64,000 nucleotides of DNA from contig NW_002060947.1 of NCBI RefSeq assembly GCF_000150275.1, forward strand, positions 5,802,604 to 5,866,603, read 5' to 3'. Below the pieces are notes generated by a model. It saw nothing but the letters and a program-made list of their open reading frames with translations, was not told where the DNA came from and searched no databases. The stretch comes from Trichoplax adhaerens. Taxonomy: Eukaryota > Animalia > Placozoa. The translations under genes were made by a program, and so were the position numbers. Shown here piece by piece: positions 1-14,392 of this stretch (within the stretch, counting starts at the first letter, position 1; every line of letters begins with the position of its first letter).

Positions 1-1826
1 CAATTTTTTCAAAGTTGAAAGTTCTTTTAGAATCCGTTAACTATAATATTTTCTACTCTACTCTGTTTATGGATGACTATTGTCAAGATATGAAATTATT
101 AACCTATTCATCAATATGCAGTAGGTCCTTAACATTAACACTTGTTTATAGCATCTATTACGGCATAGGAACATATGGTATCAACAGAATGATCAAGTCT
201 TTCCACAAAATATCACATAGCTATAATACTTGTACTTTGTTTATAGTGCCTTCAGAGAGAAATTAAATAATTATGCATACGTGAATATTTTCTTCGAATC
301 ACTACTTTTGATCATTATAATTCTTCTTTTACTAATGGCATGCTTATTGTAAACCTTTTAATCCTTCGGCGATCGAAACTTGCTTCAGAAAATCGTCCGC
401 AACAACATCCAAGTTCAACAGTTGATTTGTAATGGGCAAACAAAGCTATGGTAGCAACTACATATCGATACTAATTTCAAACTTCTTTGCCGTAACATAT
501 CCGAGTTAAAATTTCAAGAAACCATGCTTAAANNNNNNNNNNNNNNNNNNNNNNNNNNNNNNNNNNNNNNNNNNNNNNNNNNTGCTGTACGAAGATACGC
601 TAGTAATTTAGCCGTTAGGTATTTTCATTATAGGATATAAATTAGAACGTATGTAGACGCTTATTTATAGAATTGTTAATGTAAAAATGTTATTAGTTCA
701 CCTATCAACACTGCTAACAAAATATCAGAGCATCGGCATCATATTTGAAGCTTGTACAGCTTCAAGAAATGTTAATGATTTAGCTATCAAGAAAAAGTTT
801 ACGTTGATAATTTATTTTTTGTATATTTAAAATGATTTCTTTTGTCATATAACTAATATAGTCCATGAATAATATACTTATATTATCATTATGTAAAAAA
901 TTTTAATTAGGTATTCTTAATACTTAAAAAGAAATATTTATTAAAGCTACAGATTAAATAATTTTGTTCACTATTTGTTATTGCTGGATTAAAATTCTGA
1001 TCATTTTTGGTCAGAATTGGAAATGCAAATAAAGGTATCACGCTACTGTTGATTTCTCAATGGACATAACCACTCCGCTAAAAAGAATAATTAAGATATT
1101 TTAGCTACCGGTAATTAATGTGAACTCAATTACAATGTGTAAAAAAAGAAATTAGAAAGAAATTGTACAGATAATTATTTTTTATTCTCTACTGTTACTT
1201 AATTATTGATAACACTTTTACAATAATACAGTACGATGGCGATTCATAATCTATTCAATCTTGTAATTAAATATTCACTCATATATCAGTTTTGATGCAT
1301 TTTATTATGGTTTATTATATCTGTGAATGGGTGCTGAAGATCATCTCATGGTTATAATTCTGTATTAAATAGCAAAATGCTTGTTAGATAGTCGCGTAAG
1401 GAAGTCAATGACTTCATCTTATTATAGGGAGTAACGATGATAATTTATAATGTTACCTATTTCATGATTACTAAGAGATAAAATATATTCTTTGGATAAG
1501 ATCACAGATAATTACTAAAGTATGTTGTTTTAGCTAAACATAAGAAAAAATCCTAGAATGGGTATTAGACAAATTTTGCTATTTTGGTAATATATTGTAT
1601 TTGATTTAATTGGTAGGTGAAAGTAGTCTTGGGAAACAATCAGATTAATTATTCATGCCGTTAAAAACAAATTATTATTGCAAGATTTTACACCTGCTCC
1701 TCCTTCATATACGAACCCAGTGTTATGCTATTTTGTTCCTGAACTTAGCTAGCTTAAAATTAAAATTAAAAACAAATGAAAATTGTTAGGTCTCATTTTA
1801 TACCTAGCTAAGAAATTTATACAGTT

Positions 1827-4800
1827 ATGACATTCAAAATTGGTAGCATTTTCTTGATTGCTTTGGTAAGTTTAAGACTTAACCAGTAATCTTCACTTTA
1901 TCTACATTTAAATTTAGTACGAAGGATTATTTGTATTATTGTACAATTTACAGCTTGATTAATATGTTAATATCGTCAATCTTTTCCTAAGAAATCAGTT
2001 TATTAAGGCGTTATTACTGTAAGGCAACGCCATTTTTTTAAGAAGCAACGATTTATGAACAATCCTAGTAGAAAAGGCTCTGTAGCGTACATAGAGCATA
2101 TAAAAATCCTTTGCAGTCTTAGAGCAATTAATCATCTGCGTGATCTTTAAGATAATGTCATTTTAGGGCCTGAAGATTGTTAAGCTACAAAATTAATGCT
2201 AGTTGTTGTAACATAGATACTAAGCAAAGTCATCACTTAGTAAAATGGTATCTGTGATCGTACAGCGCTTTTACGGTCATAAGTCTTATGATATCATTTT
2301 AAGGTTATCATTTTTTATCATTTATGCCAGAAAACGTTTTGTAGATGCTGCTCAACCTATATTAAATGGTGTATGTAGCTTACAGTAACTTTTATATTCA
2401 CAAGCCTTTGGGTAACATCGCAGAGTTTGATGATTTTGATAGTATTTCACGCAATATTTATACTGGATATGCCGTGTATGATATTAAATCTTAGCTCTAA
2501 ATAAATCTCTAGCCCTAAAAATGTTGCTAAATTCATAAACATGAAGATAGTATAAATTGCTGGAATATAGATTATTCTTTATAATACCTGTAATGGTATG
2601 AGAGAAGGCTAAGTAGACAACATTGAGCCTAAGCATAATTATACCTTAGTATTATAGAATTTCATAGACAAGTAAATCTCGTGTTAAAGATGGTTTGAGG
2701 CATTAACGATTAATAAAGTCACTGTTATATTGGTGGGTAGATAAAGATTCTGTAAGCAAAATTGAATATAGACAATAATTACCCTAGGTTTTCGTCTAAT
2801 TGTACACTTATGAATTTAGGAATAACGCAATAAGAGTTTGATAATTGTCCATATTTCAAGTATTTATGCCAGGAAAGATTCTATACGCTATTTCCAGTCT
2901 ATTATATGACAGTGAAGCTTACTGTCACTTATTTTGTTGTGAACCTTACGAAAGACTATAAATCTAGTGAAGGACGTTCGATATGACTTATTGCAAAAAT
3001 TGTGTTATTTAAATATTTTCTCTCAACATGGTTTTGATTATGCAATTTCAGTGCATTTCAAACTTTAGAAGGCGTTTGTACTATAGAATAAATTGATGTG
3101 CCAGATTACGAAGGGTGTAATGCCTTAATGTTTCTCGTAAAGTAGCATTAACTAAATTTTATTCGTGTTATATTAATTAAATCTTAGTTCCAAAAGGTCT
3201 TGTCGCCCCAAAATAACATTTTACGCCATGCTATTCAAACTTAAATGCTTCAATTTTTCTAGTAAAAATATATCAATATAAACTCTATCCATTTATCCCA
3301 ATTTATTCCAATATTTGAAAGACCCTTACAACTTTCAAAAACTTTTGCATAATGTCTGCAGAATACTTTTAAATCATTTGGCATGTAGCTAATTCTAATA
3401 GCTGCGCACTTGTCGCCATTTATCTTAAGTTTATACTTTCCAACTTATCGTGACTCCCATCCTGTATGAATTTGAAATATAGATAACCTTATTGGCTCTT
3501 TAGATCATCGCTTTGAATTTAATATTTATACAATTGTTTAACTAACGATTAAAATACCGTAAGACAAATAATCTAGGCTTTAGGAGAAGGCTGATAGAAA
3601 GGGACTTTGTTTATTACATTTTAAATAGATCGTATGGTTTCAAGCGAAGACGGTGCTGAATTTGCCCTTCTCGCGTAAGTTATATTAATGAGATACTTGC
3701 ACCTTTTCTTGATTGCTTATTCACTAATAGAAAGAGATCAATAGCTTTATTTAAAATCATACGATGTATTTATGTTTTTTGTTCAGAAGAATTATTATAG
3801 ATTCTAAAGTTAGTCTTTTTTCTCATTCATTTCTCGAATGTATCAAACGCAGTGGAAAAATTTTGGCTTCGAACGACTTCCAATATTTCAATTTGCTATC
3901 ATGTTCCTAATATAATGATGACAGCTACAAGTGCTCGTTCATATTGCCAATCATTAGGTGGTGATTTGGCTACCTTGAATACCTCACTCAAGAATAACGA
4001 TTTCATCTTCTATTACTACACGCAATTTCAACTTGATGAAGACTTATGGATTGGATTAAGGAACAGTTATAAAACTCCAACGCACATAATTAATCAGTGG
4101 GTTAATGGCCAGTCAGTTACGTTTTCAAATTACGCTAATGGTGAAGAAAATAGTGCTACTTACAACTGCTTTGCTATGCAACGCAACAGCACTCATAGCT
4201 GGTATAATGAGCCCTGCAACAATTTACACTATTTTGCTTGTCAACGAAGTAAGAAAGTAACTGTTATTTCATAATTTTTATTTAATGAGAGTTGGAATGG
4301 GATCGTTAGAGTATTGTTAGTGAGAATTTTTGTGCATCTTCTACTAACTTAACAGCGTTTACTTGTACTATAGCGCAAGCTTTTTAAATTATCTTGGTAG
4401 GAAGTAAATATTCACATTTAAATAAATCGATTATGCAGCCTATAGTAGCATATGTGTAAACTGAGAGTCTGAAAGCCAAAATTGCTTTTAGTAGATATTT
4501 GATTTAATTAATTACCCTAAAAATTTTTCATAAGTACATTAGCATTTGGTTCTTAATAGTATTTGGATGAAAGCTGCATTTAAATCGTTCAGGCATTAGT
4601 ACTGCGGAGAACTAATTCTTGTAATCGAATAATCTTTTATACTTTTAGTTTGAAGGTTCACAAAATTTAGAATTAATCATTATTAAGTAGTTCTATGTGA
4701 TTAAATTATCTACCAGCATCCTTTATAAATCTGTATACTGGTATTTAGTTAGGTATAGTATTAACGGCAATATCAATGTTGTACTGAGTATTTGAGATAT

Positions 4801-7265
4801 TTTGCTACTTTATATGCTTGCAGCAACTTTCAATAATGTTAACTATTAGAAGCTAATCATAACTAGATTGAATATTGAAAAGAAATTTTTTTAACTCAAT
4901 TAAGTATAACAAAAAGTTATACATTATTAGCACTCAATTCTTATATTATTAATGATAGTGCGATAACGGTTGTAAAAAAGTTGTTGAGATATTCTCACTG
5001 AAAAGGTTCCATTCTTGAAATTCTTTGATCATATTGGTATTAGAAAAAGAGTTTCAAAAAGGATAGAGAAATTTCAAGCTAGTTTTTTCGTGGATCTTGG
5101 CTAAATAGCTTCAATTTGCAATCTCTACATTATTATTAAATAATCCAAGAGAATAACAGCGTCTATATAAGCAGTAATGAAATTGAGGGTACTCAGAATA
5201 ATATTAATTGCCGCTTCNNNNNNNNNNNNNNNNNNNNNNNNNNNNNNNNNNNNNNNNNNNNNNNNNNNNNNNNNNNNNNNNNNNNNNNNNNNNNNNNNNN
5301 NNNNNNNNNNNNNNNNNNNNNNNNNNNNNNNNNNNNNNNNNNNNNNNNNNNNNNNNNNNNNNNNNNNNNNNNNNNNNNNNNNNNNNNNNNNNNNNNNNNN
5401 NNNNNNNNNNNNNNNNNNNNNNNNNNNNNNNNNNNTGCTTGTCGAAATTTTGCAAGGAGGATGGAGATTTGGCTATTGTCAATAACGAGGAGCTCACTAA
5501 TATTTTTCATGGCTTATATTTCCATTGGTCTATAACGGCTTGGATTGGTCTTGAAGATTTATTGGGTAAAACTGATGCTGCAAGCTATATCTGGGTAGAT
5601 AATTCAACAACCAGCGCTTACAATGATTGGGCATTTCCTACCGTACTTCTATTTCGCTGCGTTATGTTATACCCTATTTTTGGCAGATTTCAATGGTATG
5701 ATACATCATGCAGTATGATGGCATGGTGTTTATGCGAGAGAGGTTAATATGGTTATATGGTAGTAATTACTTATACAAGATTAGCTACTCTAGTTGATGT
5801 TTGAAAATATTTTTGTATTGTTAATAAAACGTCATTTCCCCTTAAATCTTCGAATAAGTAATGCACGACTAAATTTAACTCCTTGTAATAATTATATTTA
5901 TTTTCTTATCTTCTCAATAAGCTGCACAAAATTATTCCATTACTGTTCAAGAACCATCTCCGTCACCATCCATAGAATTCTACTTGTATAATTCCATAGC
6001 AATCATTCAAGGCAGTGCAAATTCAGGTAAATTAGAAAGGAAACTAAGTTTAAAAGAAATCAAATTCAATAGCAGAAGAGAACTAGTTCAATATATCAGA
6101 GATCCTATTAACCAATTAAATCACAAATAGTAGTTATATCAAAATTTGAATTATATATAAGGTTTTGCGCTTAGTAGTTGTTAAATGCTTCTTCAATTTC
6201 TTATCAATTTATAAAAATTTTCTGCTGATTTGAGCAAAGTTTTACGGTAGTATAGAACTGTAACATTTAAATTATCCTGTCAAATTTGATTCACATTGAT
6301 AGCATTCTAGAAAGATTTATGACTGTAAATTAGTAAATTTATTAACAAATACCAATTACAAGTATTTCAACTTTTAGATTATGGTAGATTTGACATTCAA
6401 ATTAAAAGTGAGATAACTATGCAATAATTTATTATCTTTCTCTGCTACTTGTAAAGTTTCGGTAGATTACGCATAAATTCTATTTTGTGATAATTTATAA
6501 GTAAATATTTTGTAAATAAACTTTCCCATTCAATTAGATGTACTACAGAGAGACTAGTATACAGAATGTAAAATTACGTATTTTATTTATTACTTATATT
6601 GCAAATCATCACTTTGTTCAAATTTTAGATTGAAATGTGTTTTACGATGATATTCACAAATGCTGTGCTTTATATCTCAGCTGTTTAAGGAATTTTATTG
6701 AGAGTTCATGCATATTGTAGTAACAGCTTACAAGTAATGATGGTAACAGTCAGCTACCTAATTTGATTATATTTATTATGTATAGAATAGGAATTGTAGG
6801 AGTAGGAACTAGTGGCTTTAATAACGATTTGTTAAATCAAATATCGTAACGCAATAGATTAAAAAATCTTAATAGGCTTTTAAAATGACTTTGTTTGCAT
6901 GAAGACTAATGTTACAACGATTAATATTTTAACTGATGGATATTATCCTGATCACTACAGCTAATTCACGCCGTTCCGAATAGTTTTATAAATCGTAACT
7001 CATTAACAATATTATCTTGATATGCAATTATTAATTAATTTTACATTGGTTACTTTTATAAAATTATATAGTGCAAGTTTCCTACCAGTTTGTATCAACG
7101 ATGGAAATTAGTTCTATACCATTGAAATCATATAATGGTATTTCTCGTAGTCAGTGCGCTGTCCGTTGCACCATGGCCACTCTATGCAGTCAGTTTGGCT
7201 ATACTAATTCCCAAAACGAAAACTATGCAAATAATTGCCATTTATACGTAAATTCCTCAAATTGA
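1827..7265 (+). CDS. Unit 1: secreted tandem C-type lectin (SP-CTLD-CTLD-linker-PAN/apple-like), 6 exons
   Basis: Exons: 1827-1865 (MTFKIGSIFLIAL, phase 0), 3629-3674 (IVWFQAKTVLNLPFS), 3853-4248 (CTLD1: EKFW, CQSLGGDLA, WIGL, WYNEPC, FAC), CTLD2 from inside the N gap to 5742 (GDLAI, WIGL, WYDTSC, CLCE), 5922-6026 (linker QEPSPSPS), 7072-7265 (C-x3-C-x5-C-x2-F-x-Y...C-x-LY, stop). Visible junctions are GT-AG with phases 0,1,1,1,1. The 5' part of CTLD2 is hidden by the gap. Confidence 0.85.
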
Positions 7266-8594
7266 ATGTCATTATTGCACAAGCTTCAAGTAAAGACATC
7301 AAAGTAAATGGAGAAAACTGAGTGTGTCATGGTGAATAGTATGATAATAATTATTACTTATGATTTATAGTGTCAATTATAGTTCAAATAAGAAATTTTA
7401 TAAATTATCTCATTTCCATTAGATTAACATGTTTAATATAGCTTCCAAAATAATCAGTCTTTATATTCTTTCTTAGCTTAGCAATGTAATCGATATACTG
7501 TACTTGATGATTAGTCAATCAGCTACAGAATTATCCAATTTATTGCCAATTTTACAATGTCATTATAAATGTCGTCAATTTTGATTTAATGGTACGCTTG
7601 GAAACTATATTAGCAATGACATGTTTGATATATATTTTATGTGAACTTATAAAATGACCTAAAAATAGTTATATTAATCAATTTATTCAATTCAAATAGT
7701 AATTTAGACTGTAATATTTGATAATATACTTGAATGAAACGGCATTGGATGTCACAAACCCATAGTTAAGATGAAATTAGGCAAGATTATTATGCTCTGT
7801 TGCAAAAATTTACTTTCAAGGATTTGAAGCTACTGCACGATCAGAATAGATTTAAATAGAACAAGACTTTAATGAAATGCTAGTATATATTTTCTTTATA
7901 TATTGCTCCACTAATTCTTAGTAACTGGCAATCATATTAATATACAAAACGCAATTAGCAGTCAATCTAATAAAAATCTGAACGTTATTCCTATTAAATG
8001 ATTTATCATTTTTACGACCTTGTATCGATATGATATCATAGTTTTGATGAATACTATTATCGCATTTGGCAATATTGTCACATAAGGTAATTATGGATTG
8101 TTATGAACACATATTAGTGAAATTATAGAATAGGATTCCTTTTGGAGATTACAACCTCATGACCTGTGCGAGTAGATATCAAATAAGGAAAATAAAATAC
8201 TGCGTGAACGTTTAATTTCAACAATAGAACTATCCTTCGTGTTCCTTAAAGCTTTTGGTCCAGAAACAATTATATGAATAATTAGTGTGTGTAGTGCATA
8301 TTGGTAAAAAAATAAAGATCTTTCACACTGTACTTATACCTTTTTTTTTAATGCCAGACCAGACTGAACCATGTATATCTGAATTGGCTATCTTACTGAA
8401 TTGCTAAAATAGTAATAAAACAGTTACTAACTACCATTCACCATAGTTTACAAATATCTAAATTGAACAATCTCATATTTCCAATAGATAAAATTCTCTT
8501 TTCTTGCTTATTATACTGCAAATTGCAAAATCATTCGAGAATTATTCGAGATTTATGATGTAGTAGAATCTATGAATTTTCAATTTATACAATG

Positions 8595-9056
8595 TTAATC
8601 TGGTGATATTAATTGATTGATGCAGCGGTGTTTAGTATCGAAATGTATAATCTTCCAACTTCCAGTATTTTTGATGTAAGTTCTACAGAATCGTAAACGT
8701 GAATTTTTGTATTCACTTCTAGACAAGATCACTCCAGTTAATAGTGCAATTTCCTTTCGGAAAATTGTTTCTGAGAATTTTGAATGAAGCTGGACAAAGA
8801 TAATATAAAGATATTTTAGTAATAGTAAAATTTGGATAAACATTTTCTTGAATTTACAATATTTAAGTTACTCTGTGGTTGATCTACCAATACCTGGTGT
8901 AACGGCCGCTATTACTGCAGCTACGAGTAAAAGTTCACCTTTATTTGTAATGTCTTACTATGAAAAGAAAATCTCCAGAACAACAGGTTATATAGGATGT
9001 AGTGAAGTGGGTTCATTTATATCGGCTAACTCTGCAGGCGGATCTGCGGTAGCCAT
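8595..9056 (-). pseudogene. Decayed P-loop NTPase (NACHT-like) fragment
   Basis: One minus-strand frame from ATG 9056, read through several stops, gives ...LLLVAAVIAAVTPGIGRSTT (Walker A-like), then YLYIIFVQLH, then KIIHFD (Walker B-like) about 80 aa after Walker A. Confidence 0.3.
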
Positions 9057-10255
9057 GATACTTTAATAGTAGTGAAGAGTTTGGAAATAGATAGAAGGAC
9101 AGTCGCAGTGTGTGTTTAGAAAAGCCTTTATTTAAAAGGTGATATGCATAGGACAAACGTGATTAATATGCGAGAGTTAGTATCAAGAAGTAAAGTAAAG
9201 CGAAATGATCTATATTCTTACAACGATCGAAAACTTATACCAATGCATAGTAATGTGATTACAATACTAAATTATACTCTATGTATTACTCTTACGACCT
9301 AGTTTTATCGTAAATAATTACTTGTAATACTTAAAAATATTTGCTGTTAATTGTGTATTCAACTGTACTAAGATGGGTCGTTAATGGATTTCCATCAACG
9401 ACTGTGTGAGTTTAGGCTATTTAATATAGGAATTATAAAGTTGTAATTAAGATGGTGAATGTTACACGAACAGTGCACCTCCGCTGGTAACAGTTAATTT
9501 ATAGACGATTAATTTAATAATTATAATTAATATATTATAGTAACCATATACAAATCAGTATATAATAAGCTATTAATTTTGTTAGTTGATTAATTTGAAG
9601 ATTGCACCTATTGGCTTAAGAAAGAATATATGTCCGTTCTTTATTAACTAAACTGAATTGCTGTATTTGATCTATCAGTAAGGCACGCTATTAAATAAAA
9701 AGTTCACATAAAACTATCGTACTCATTCTACGTTTAGCTCATTTACAGTCTTAGAACTACGCGGAATCATTTTACACGTAAGACAGCTAAGAGATAGTAC
9801 TTCAGTTTGGTCTCTGTGCCATAAGTTTGATTGTGACAATTACTGCATTCTATTGCATATTGCCAACATTATAAAAGTACGGTGCACGTTACATGTTATA
9901 TATCTAAGATACTACACAGGTAATATTCTATTTCTAGCGATTATGCAGTATATACAATCTTCTGAAGGCTATAATAAGTACTATTTCACTCCATTAAACT
10001 ATAATCCCAAATTTAATACCAGCAAATATTACCCCAAGTTATGTAAATATCAATAACATGATACAAATAACATTGTCAGAGCATATTGTTATTTAAAGTA
10101 AAATTATCAAATATCACCTACCCTTCACGCTAGAAAGTAAACAATATGGCTGTAGCCCGAAATGCTCTTTTAGTTATCGCTGAAAGATGTATTAATTATT
10201 CCATGTCTTTCTCTAGATCAAGCAATATTAACCTCAATTTAGTACTAACTTCTAG

Positions 10256-10597
10256 CTAAGCTACATAGATTTCATTGTCATGATTTCGATAACATTGCTA
10301 GAGTAGATTATTATGAACTTCATGGTATTGCATTACGTCAGTGTGCTAATGGATGCACTCAAAATAGATGGTGCCAACAATTTAGCTATCAAGGCTTTCT
10401 TCAAAACACCATAGATTCTAACGTTTGTACTTTATTTCTTCTCTCACTGACTGCCACAACTACCCTTGCGATACAAGAAAACAACACAGTACTTATAATA
10501 AACTTCACTTTAATCCGCAGAACTACTTCCCTAGCCTACGGTATAGTAGTTGGAATTCTTGCGAAGTACATTATCGATAGCTTTGTTTGCCAAAAAG
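10256..10597 (+). pseudogene. Orphan PAN/apple-like exon fused to the 3' tip of a CTLD1 exon
   Basis: Open frame 10249-10656 reads HGIALRQCANGCTQNRWCQQFSYQG...NVCTLF and later FVCQK-G|GT (donor at 10598), which is the typical CTLD1 exon end. The acceptor at 10255 is tentative. Confidence 0.7.
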
Positions 10598-11274
10598 GTA
10601 TACAGGACCACATCAAAAAAACTATCCGTACTATTCCCCGCGATTGTCGTATATAATTAGTCGTTCTATCGATATCGGTTATACTTTTATTTTCTCGATG
10701 TTGGTTAGAATTAGATAATACTGCAGTGAATAGTGAAAATCGTAAAGTTAAAGATATATTTAACTACATTACCGGTAACTGGAAAAGACTCTATAGAAGA
10801 GAAAAACGATTTAAATTACAGACCTAGATTACGTGTTCTTTGACTGCCTTCGTATTAATCCGAAAATAGAGTAACAAAGTTTCATCCGCTACTACCATAG
10901 TATGCTAAGAAGTCCCTGCAAAAGAGATAAGGTTGAGCTGCAAGTTAGTAGCTCTTATACTTTATATTAGTAAACAGGTAAAAAATATCAATTTATGGAA
11001 AGATAATCAAAGAATGAGTCGAACCATAAATTCTTTAATTGTCTACATCCAATCAGTAAAGTTATGAAAATATTGATCAAAAGATATCATTAGTACAGTG
11101 CGGTAATAGATTAAAAGGCAATATGCTTACTGTACAATGATCATATGCATAAGTTAGCAAATTTTGAAGTACAAGCAGTCGTAGCAGTCGCTAGTAAAAT
11201 CCCTCTACGAATTAAGGCTTTGGAAAAATAAATAAAATTTAGTTATGAATTATTTCCTATTTCTTATTTACTAG

Positions 11275-12553
11275 ACTGTCCAGAATATTATTTCCAATAT
11301 GAAAATCGTTACTTTGCGGTTGATATGAGTATAAATAACTTTGATAAGGCCCAATCTCAATGTAAAGCGACTTATTCTAGTGGTGATTTAGCTATGATCA
11401 AAAATCTGGAATTAAGTACTGCTCTAACTGGTTATTTATTTTAGCTACCAACCAATGCTTGGATTGGCTTGCGGGATTTACATAACCTCGATAGTAAAGA
11501 TTCCTTTGTTTGGTTTGATGGAAAAACTGCCAATACCTTTACCAATTGGGGAAATTTCTCTTCGAATTCTGATCAAAGTTGTGTCTGGATAAATTGTAGC
11601 TTGGAAAACAAATGAACCAGTACTAAATACAATTATGCTGCTTATTCGCTATGCGAATTAGGCATTTTCTTTACTATCAATGATACCGTGCTATCCCTAC
11701 TTTCAATTAAATCTAACATCTATGTTATTAATTTACATGTTAAGCATGTTTAACAGTAAATCAGAAATCTGTGCTATTAGTTTTTAATGATAACGTTTAA
11801 ATACTTTTTTCAAAGTTAATCAATTTATATATAGGCTTTCTGTTTGGAAGCAATGTAACGATTTTATTTTAAAATCAATAGTTACTAATTTATGCAGCTC
11901 CATGTTATAACAGCCATCATAATTAAAAAAACTGTTGAATTTTAATTTGGATGGACAACGCTGCTGTAAATTTGCCTACTACTAGGTAGCAAAGCAATAA
12001 ATGCAATTGAGCCTGCGACTACGCAGGCATCACCATCTTCAACTATTTTTCCGGTCACTTCCACACCATCATCGTCCTCAACATTACATGTGGTCATTCT
12101 GGTCTATACCAACAGCTTTGGAACACCAATGCTATTTCAGGTAAATTCTATGGAGAAAACGGTGGCAAGGTAGCGGAGGGATGCACAATGTATTTCACAA
12201 TTTTTATATATAATAGTTCACGTAATATAGATGAAAGATGCTATTTTCGTCCAAGTAATCATTAAGAAATTAGAGCAAACAGAGTAATTTTAGTTCGTTT
12301 TTTTAATCTAGCAATTCAAGTAATGTATACAACCATGATTCCACCAGCCGAAGAGTTAGTACTACCGATCGCAAGTTTTACAGGTATATCCGTCCATCAG
12401 TGTGCTCATATTTGTACAGGCCGCCAGGTTTGTCATCGGTTTAGTTTTAAAGGAACGCTAGAGAATTCGACAACCGACAACATCAGCACATGTATCTTGT
12501 ATACCAGTGTGACAAAATCCGATCGCGAAAATTCCAAAGTTGTAGAAAATTAA
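11275..12553 (+). pseudogene. Unit 2: C-type lectin/PAN pseudogene (CTLD2, linker, PAN exons)
   Basis: CTLD2 exon 11275-11661 (DCPEYYFQYENRYF, GDLAMI, WIGLRD) has stops TAG 11442-11444 and TGA 11613-11615, a Cys>Tyr change and a GC donor. The Ser/Thr linker exon (~11898-12140) is frameshifted. The PAN exon 12312-12553 is intact. Confidence 0.85.
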
Positions 12554-13727
12554 AACTTTATTAGATCTAATACAAAGACTAGCTACATACAGCTCTACTC
12601 TAGCCGAATATAACTATTGAAAGGCTTCTAGAAAGAACAATCACATAATCTAATGACTCCAGCTTCTATACTTTCCGTAGCCTTCGCTTCTACAATCGGC
12701 ATAGCAAAATTCTACCATATTTTACTAATATTCAGCTTATTATTAGTTACACTATTTTACAGCGAACCATTATTAATCCAATATGGTAGTGATTACAGTA
12801 TTTTCGTAGACATTATTCCTACCACTCAAAGTACAATGAACTAAGCCTATCTTAATATATGATTTGCAATTCTATTTCTGCCCCTAACCTTATTAGTCGC
12901 TAAATATCTTACTGTATATAGTTATCTGTACTCTAGCATAGAGCCTATCCTTACAGTATATAATTACGGGCTGCTAAATATATATCATAAGGCAAATATA
13001 GAAAAGATACTGCCGTACATCATACAAAATATGGCTAATAGTTTACAACCACCATACTAAGTTACTTTACAACTGGTACCAGCCATGATGTCTCCGCTTA
13101 AGATTTAAAACTAAGGATTCTATGACTGTAATCACCTTCAAGTAATATCTTCATACAAAAACAGAAAAAAAAGAATTGAATTTCAATACCGAGTTAAATG
13201 ACTTAAATTATTTTTGAACTAAATAAAAATATTTGCAAGATTACTTGATGAAATACCTTCACATTGTCGAATGAGATAAAAATTACTTTTGATTTTATAT
13301 CTTAGAATAAAAGTTACTTCCTGCTTTAATACATTGGATAGTAGCTGATAATATAGTGTTTCTAAGTTTCTAGACTACAAATACTATAAATAATTAATGT
13401 ATGTTACCAAACCGTATACTAGGCTGTCAAGTAGTAACTTTACGTTCCTCCGGAAGTATTTATCTGCACTAATTTTCGAGTGATGAGTGTATCTGTACTA
13501 CTTTATATGTTGGTATAAATGACAGTATTCTGCTCATAATATGATCTATTCCCGATAATTTAGATTAATGCGGTTAAAATTTAAATTAACAAAGTTTTTA
13601 ATAAAGTTCGAATTTCATGATTTGATTCAGGTGAGCTTGTAATAATTTTTTCATCGTGATGATATCGGATTTGTCAATACTTAGAGTTATAATGCAAATA
13701 AAAGTCAGAAAGGGTAGGTCTAATAGT

Positions 13728-14090
13728 TGTCACGAGCTAGGAATAGCCCTAACTTGCAACAAGGATTGAGATAGTGATTTCTACGCTTTACTACTGTAAT
13801 TTGGAATTCCAGACAATTGATATTCCAACGCAGTTAGGGTTTAGTACTAAGCCATTTCCTCTAAACTTAGGAATTGTACTTTGAACCTTAACAACCTTGG
13901 AGGTGATAGATATAATCCAGTTTAGCTGGTTGGCAATTACTATTTTAGTCTATGTAATCCTAAATTAAGGATATTAACTGTTAAACGCTAAAATTACAAT
14001 TAAGGAGACCGTAGAACATTTCTGAGATATAAACATATATAGAATGTAAATAGAAATAAAGTATACGTCACGAAGATTACTTTCGTGACA
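13728..14090 (-). mobile_element. Solo-LTR-like element, family A (internally deleted copy)
   Basis: TGTCACG...CGTGACA ends with TAGT on both flanks. It is the same element as 15921-16541 but lacks ~260 bp including the TATA and poly(A) signals. Confidence 0.75.
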
Positions 14091-14392
14091 TAGTATATTG
14101 TAATTTTAATACCCTCATTGCTAACTTCATTTTGAGACAAGGTATATAACAAACTGCTGTCGTATTCAAATTCTTATGATTAATCTTACTTTAGTTGCTA
14201 AATTGAATTATGTTAGTACTTTCTTTATTTTATTACGCTGAGTTAACCTGTAAGGCCTGTTAAGCAGTATCGCAACATTTACGTTCCTCCAGAGAAAATT
14301 ATTAGTACTAATTTCTAAATTTACTAATGATGAGTTTATCTATACTAGTTTACGTTTCTGTATAGATAGCCGTATTCTTTAGAGAATGTTAT

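Noticed and set aside
5177-5510. ORFs spanning N runs (also 26170-26547 and 26225-26455)
   Set aside because: They are artefacts of translating gaps. Only the CTLD-frame portions are real.
9460-9492. 33-bp TGTTAC...GTAACA with imperfect flanks GTGAA/GTTAA, resembling a minimal LTR remnant
   Set aside because: Too short and the TSD is imperfect, so it cannot be distinguished from chance.
11661-11663. GC donors after CTLD2 in units 2 and 6 as functional GC-AG introns
   Set aside because: Both occur in exons that already carry stops and lack a strong donor context, so decay is the simpler explanation.
12653-12844. Hydrophobic ORF after the unit 2 PAN exon as a possible transmembrane anchor
   Set aside because: It is separated from the PAN frame by stops, has no counterpart in other units and has no clear splice path.
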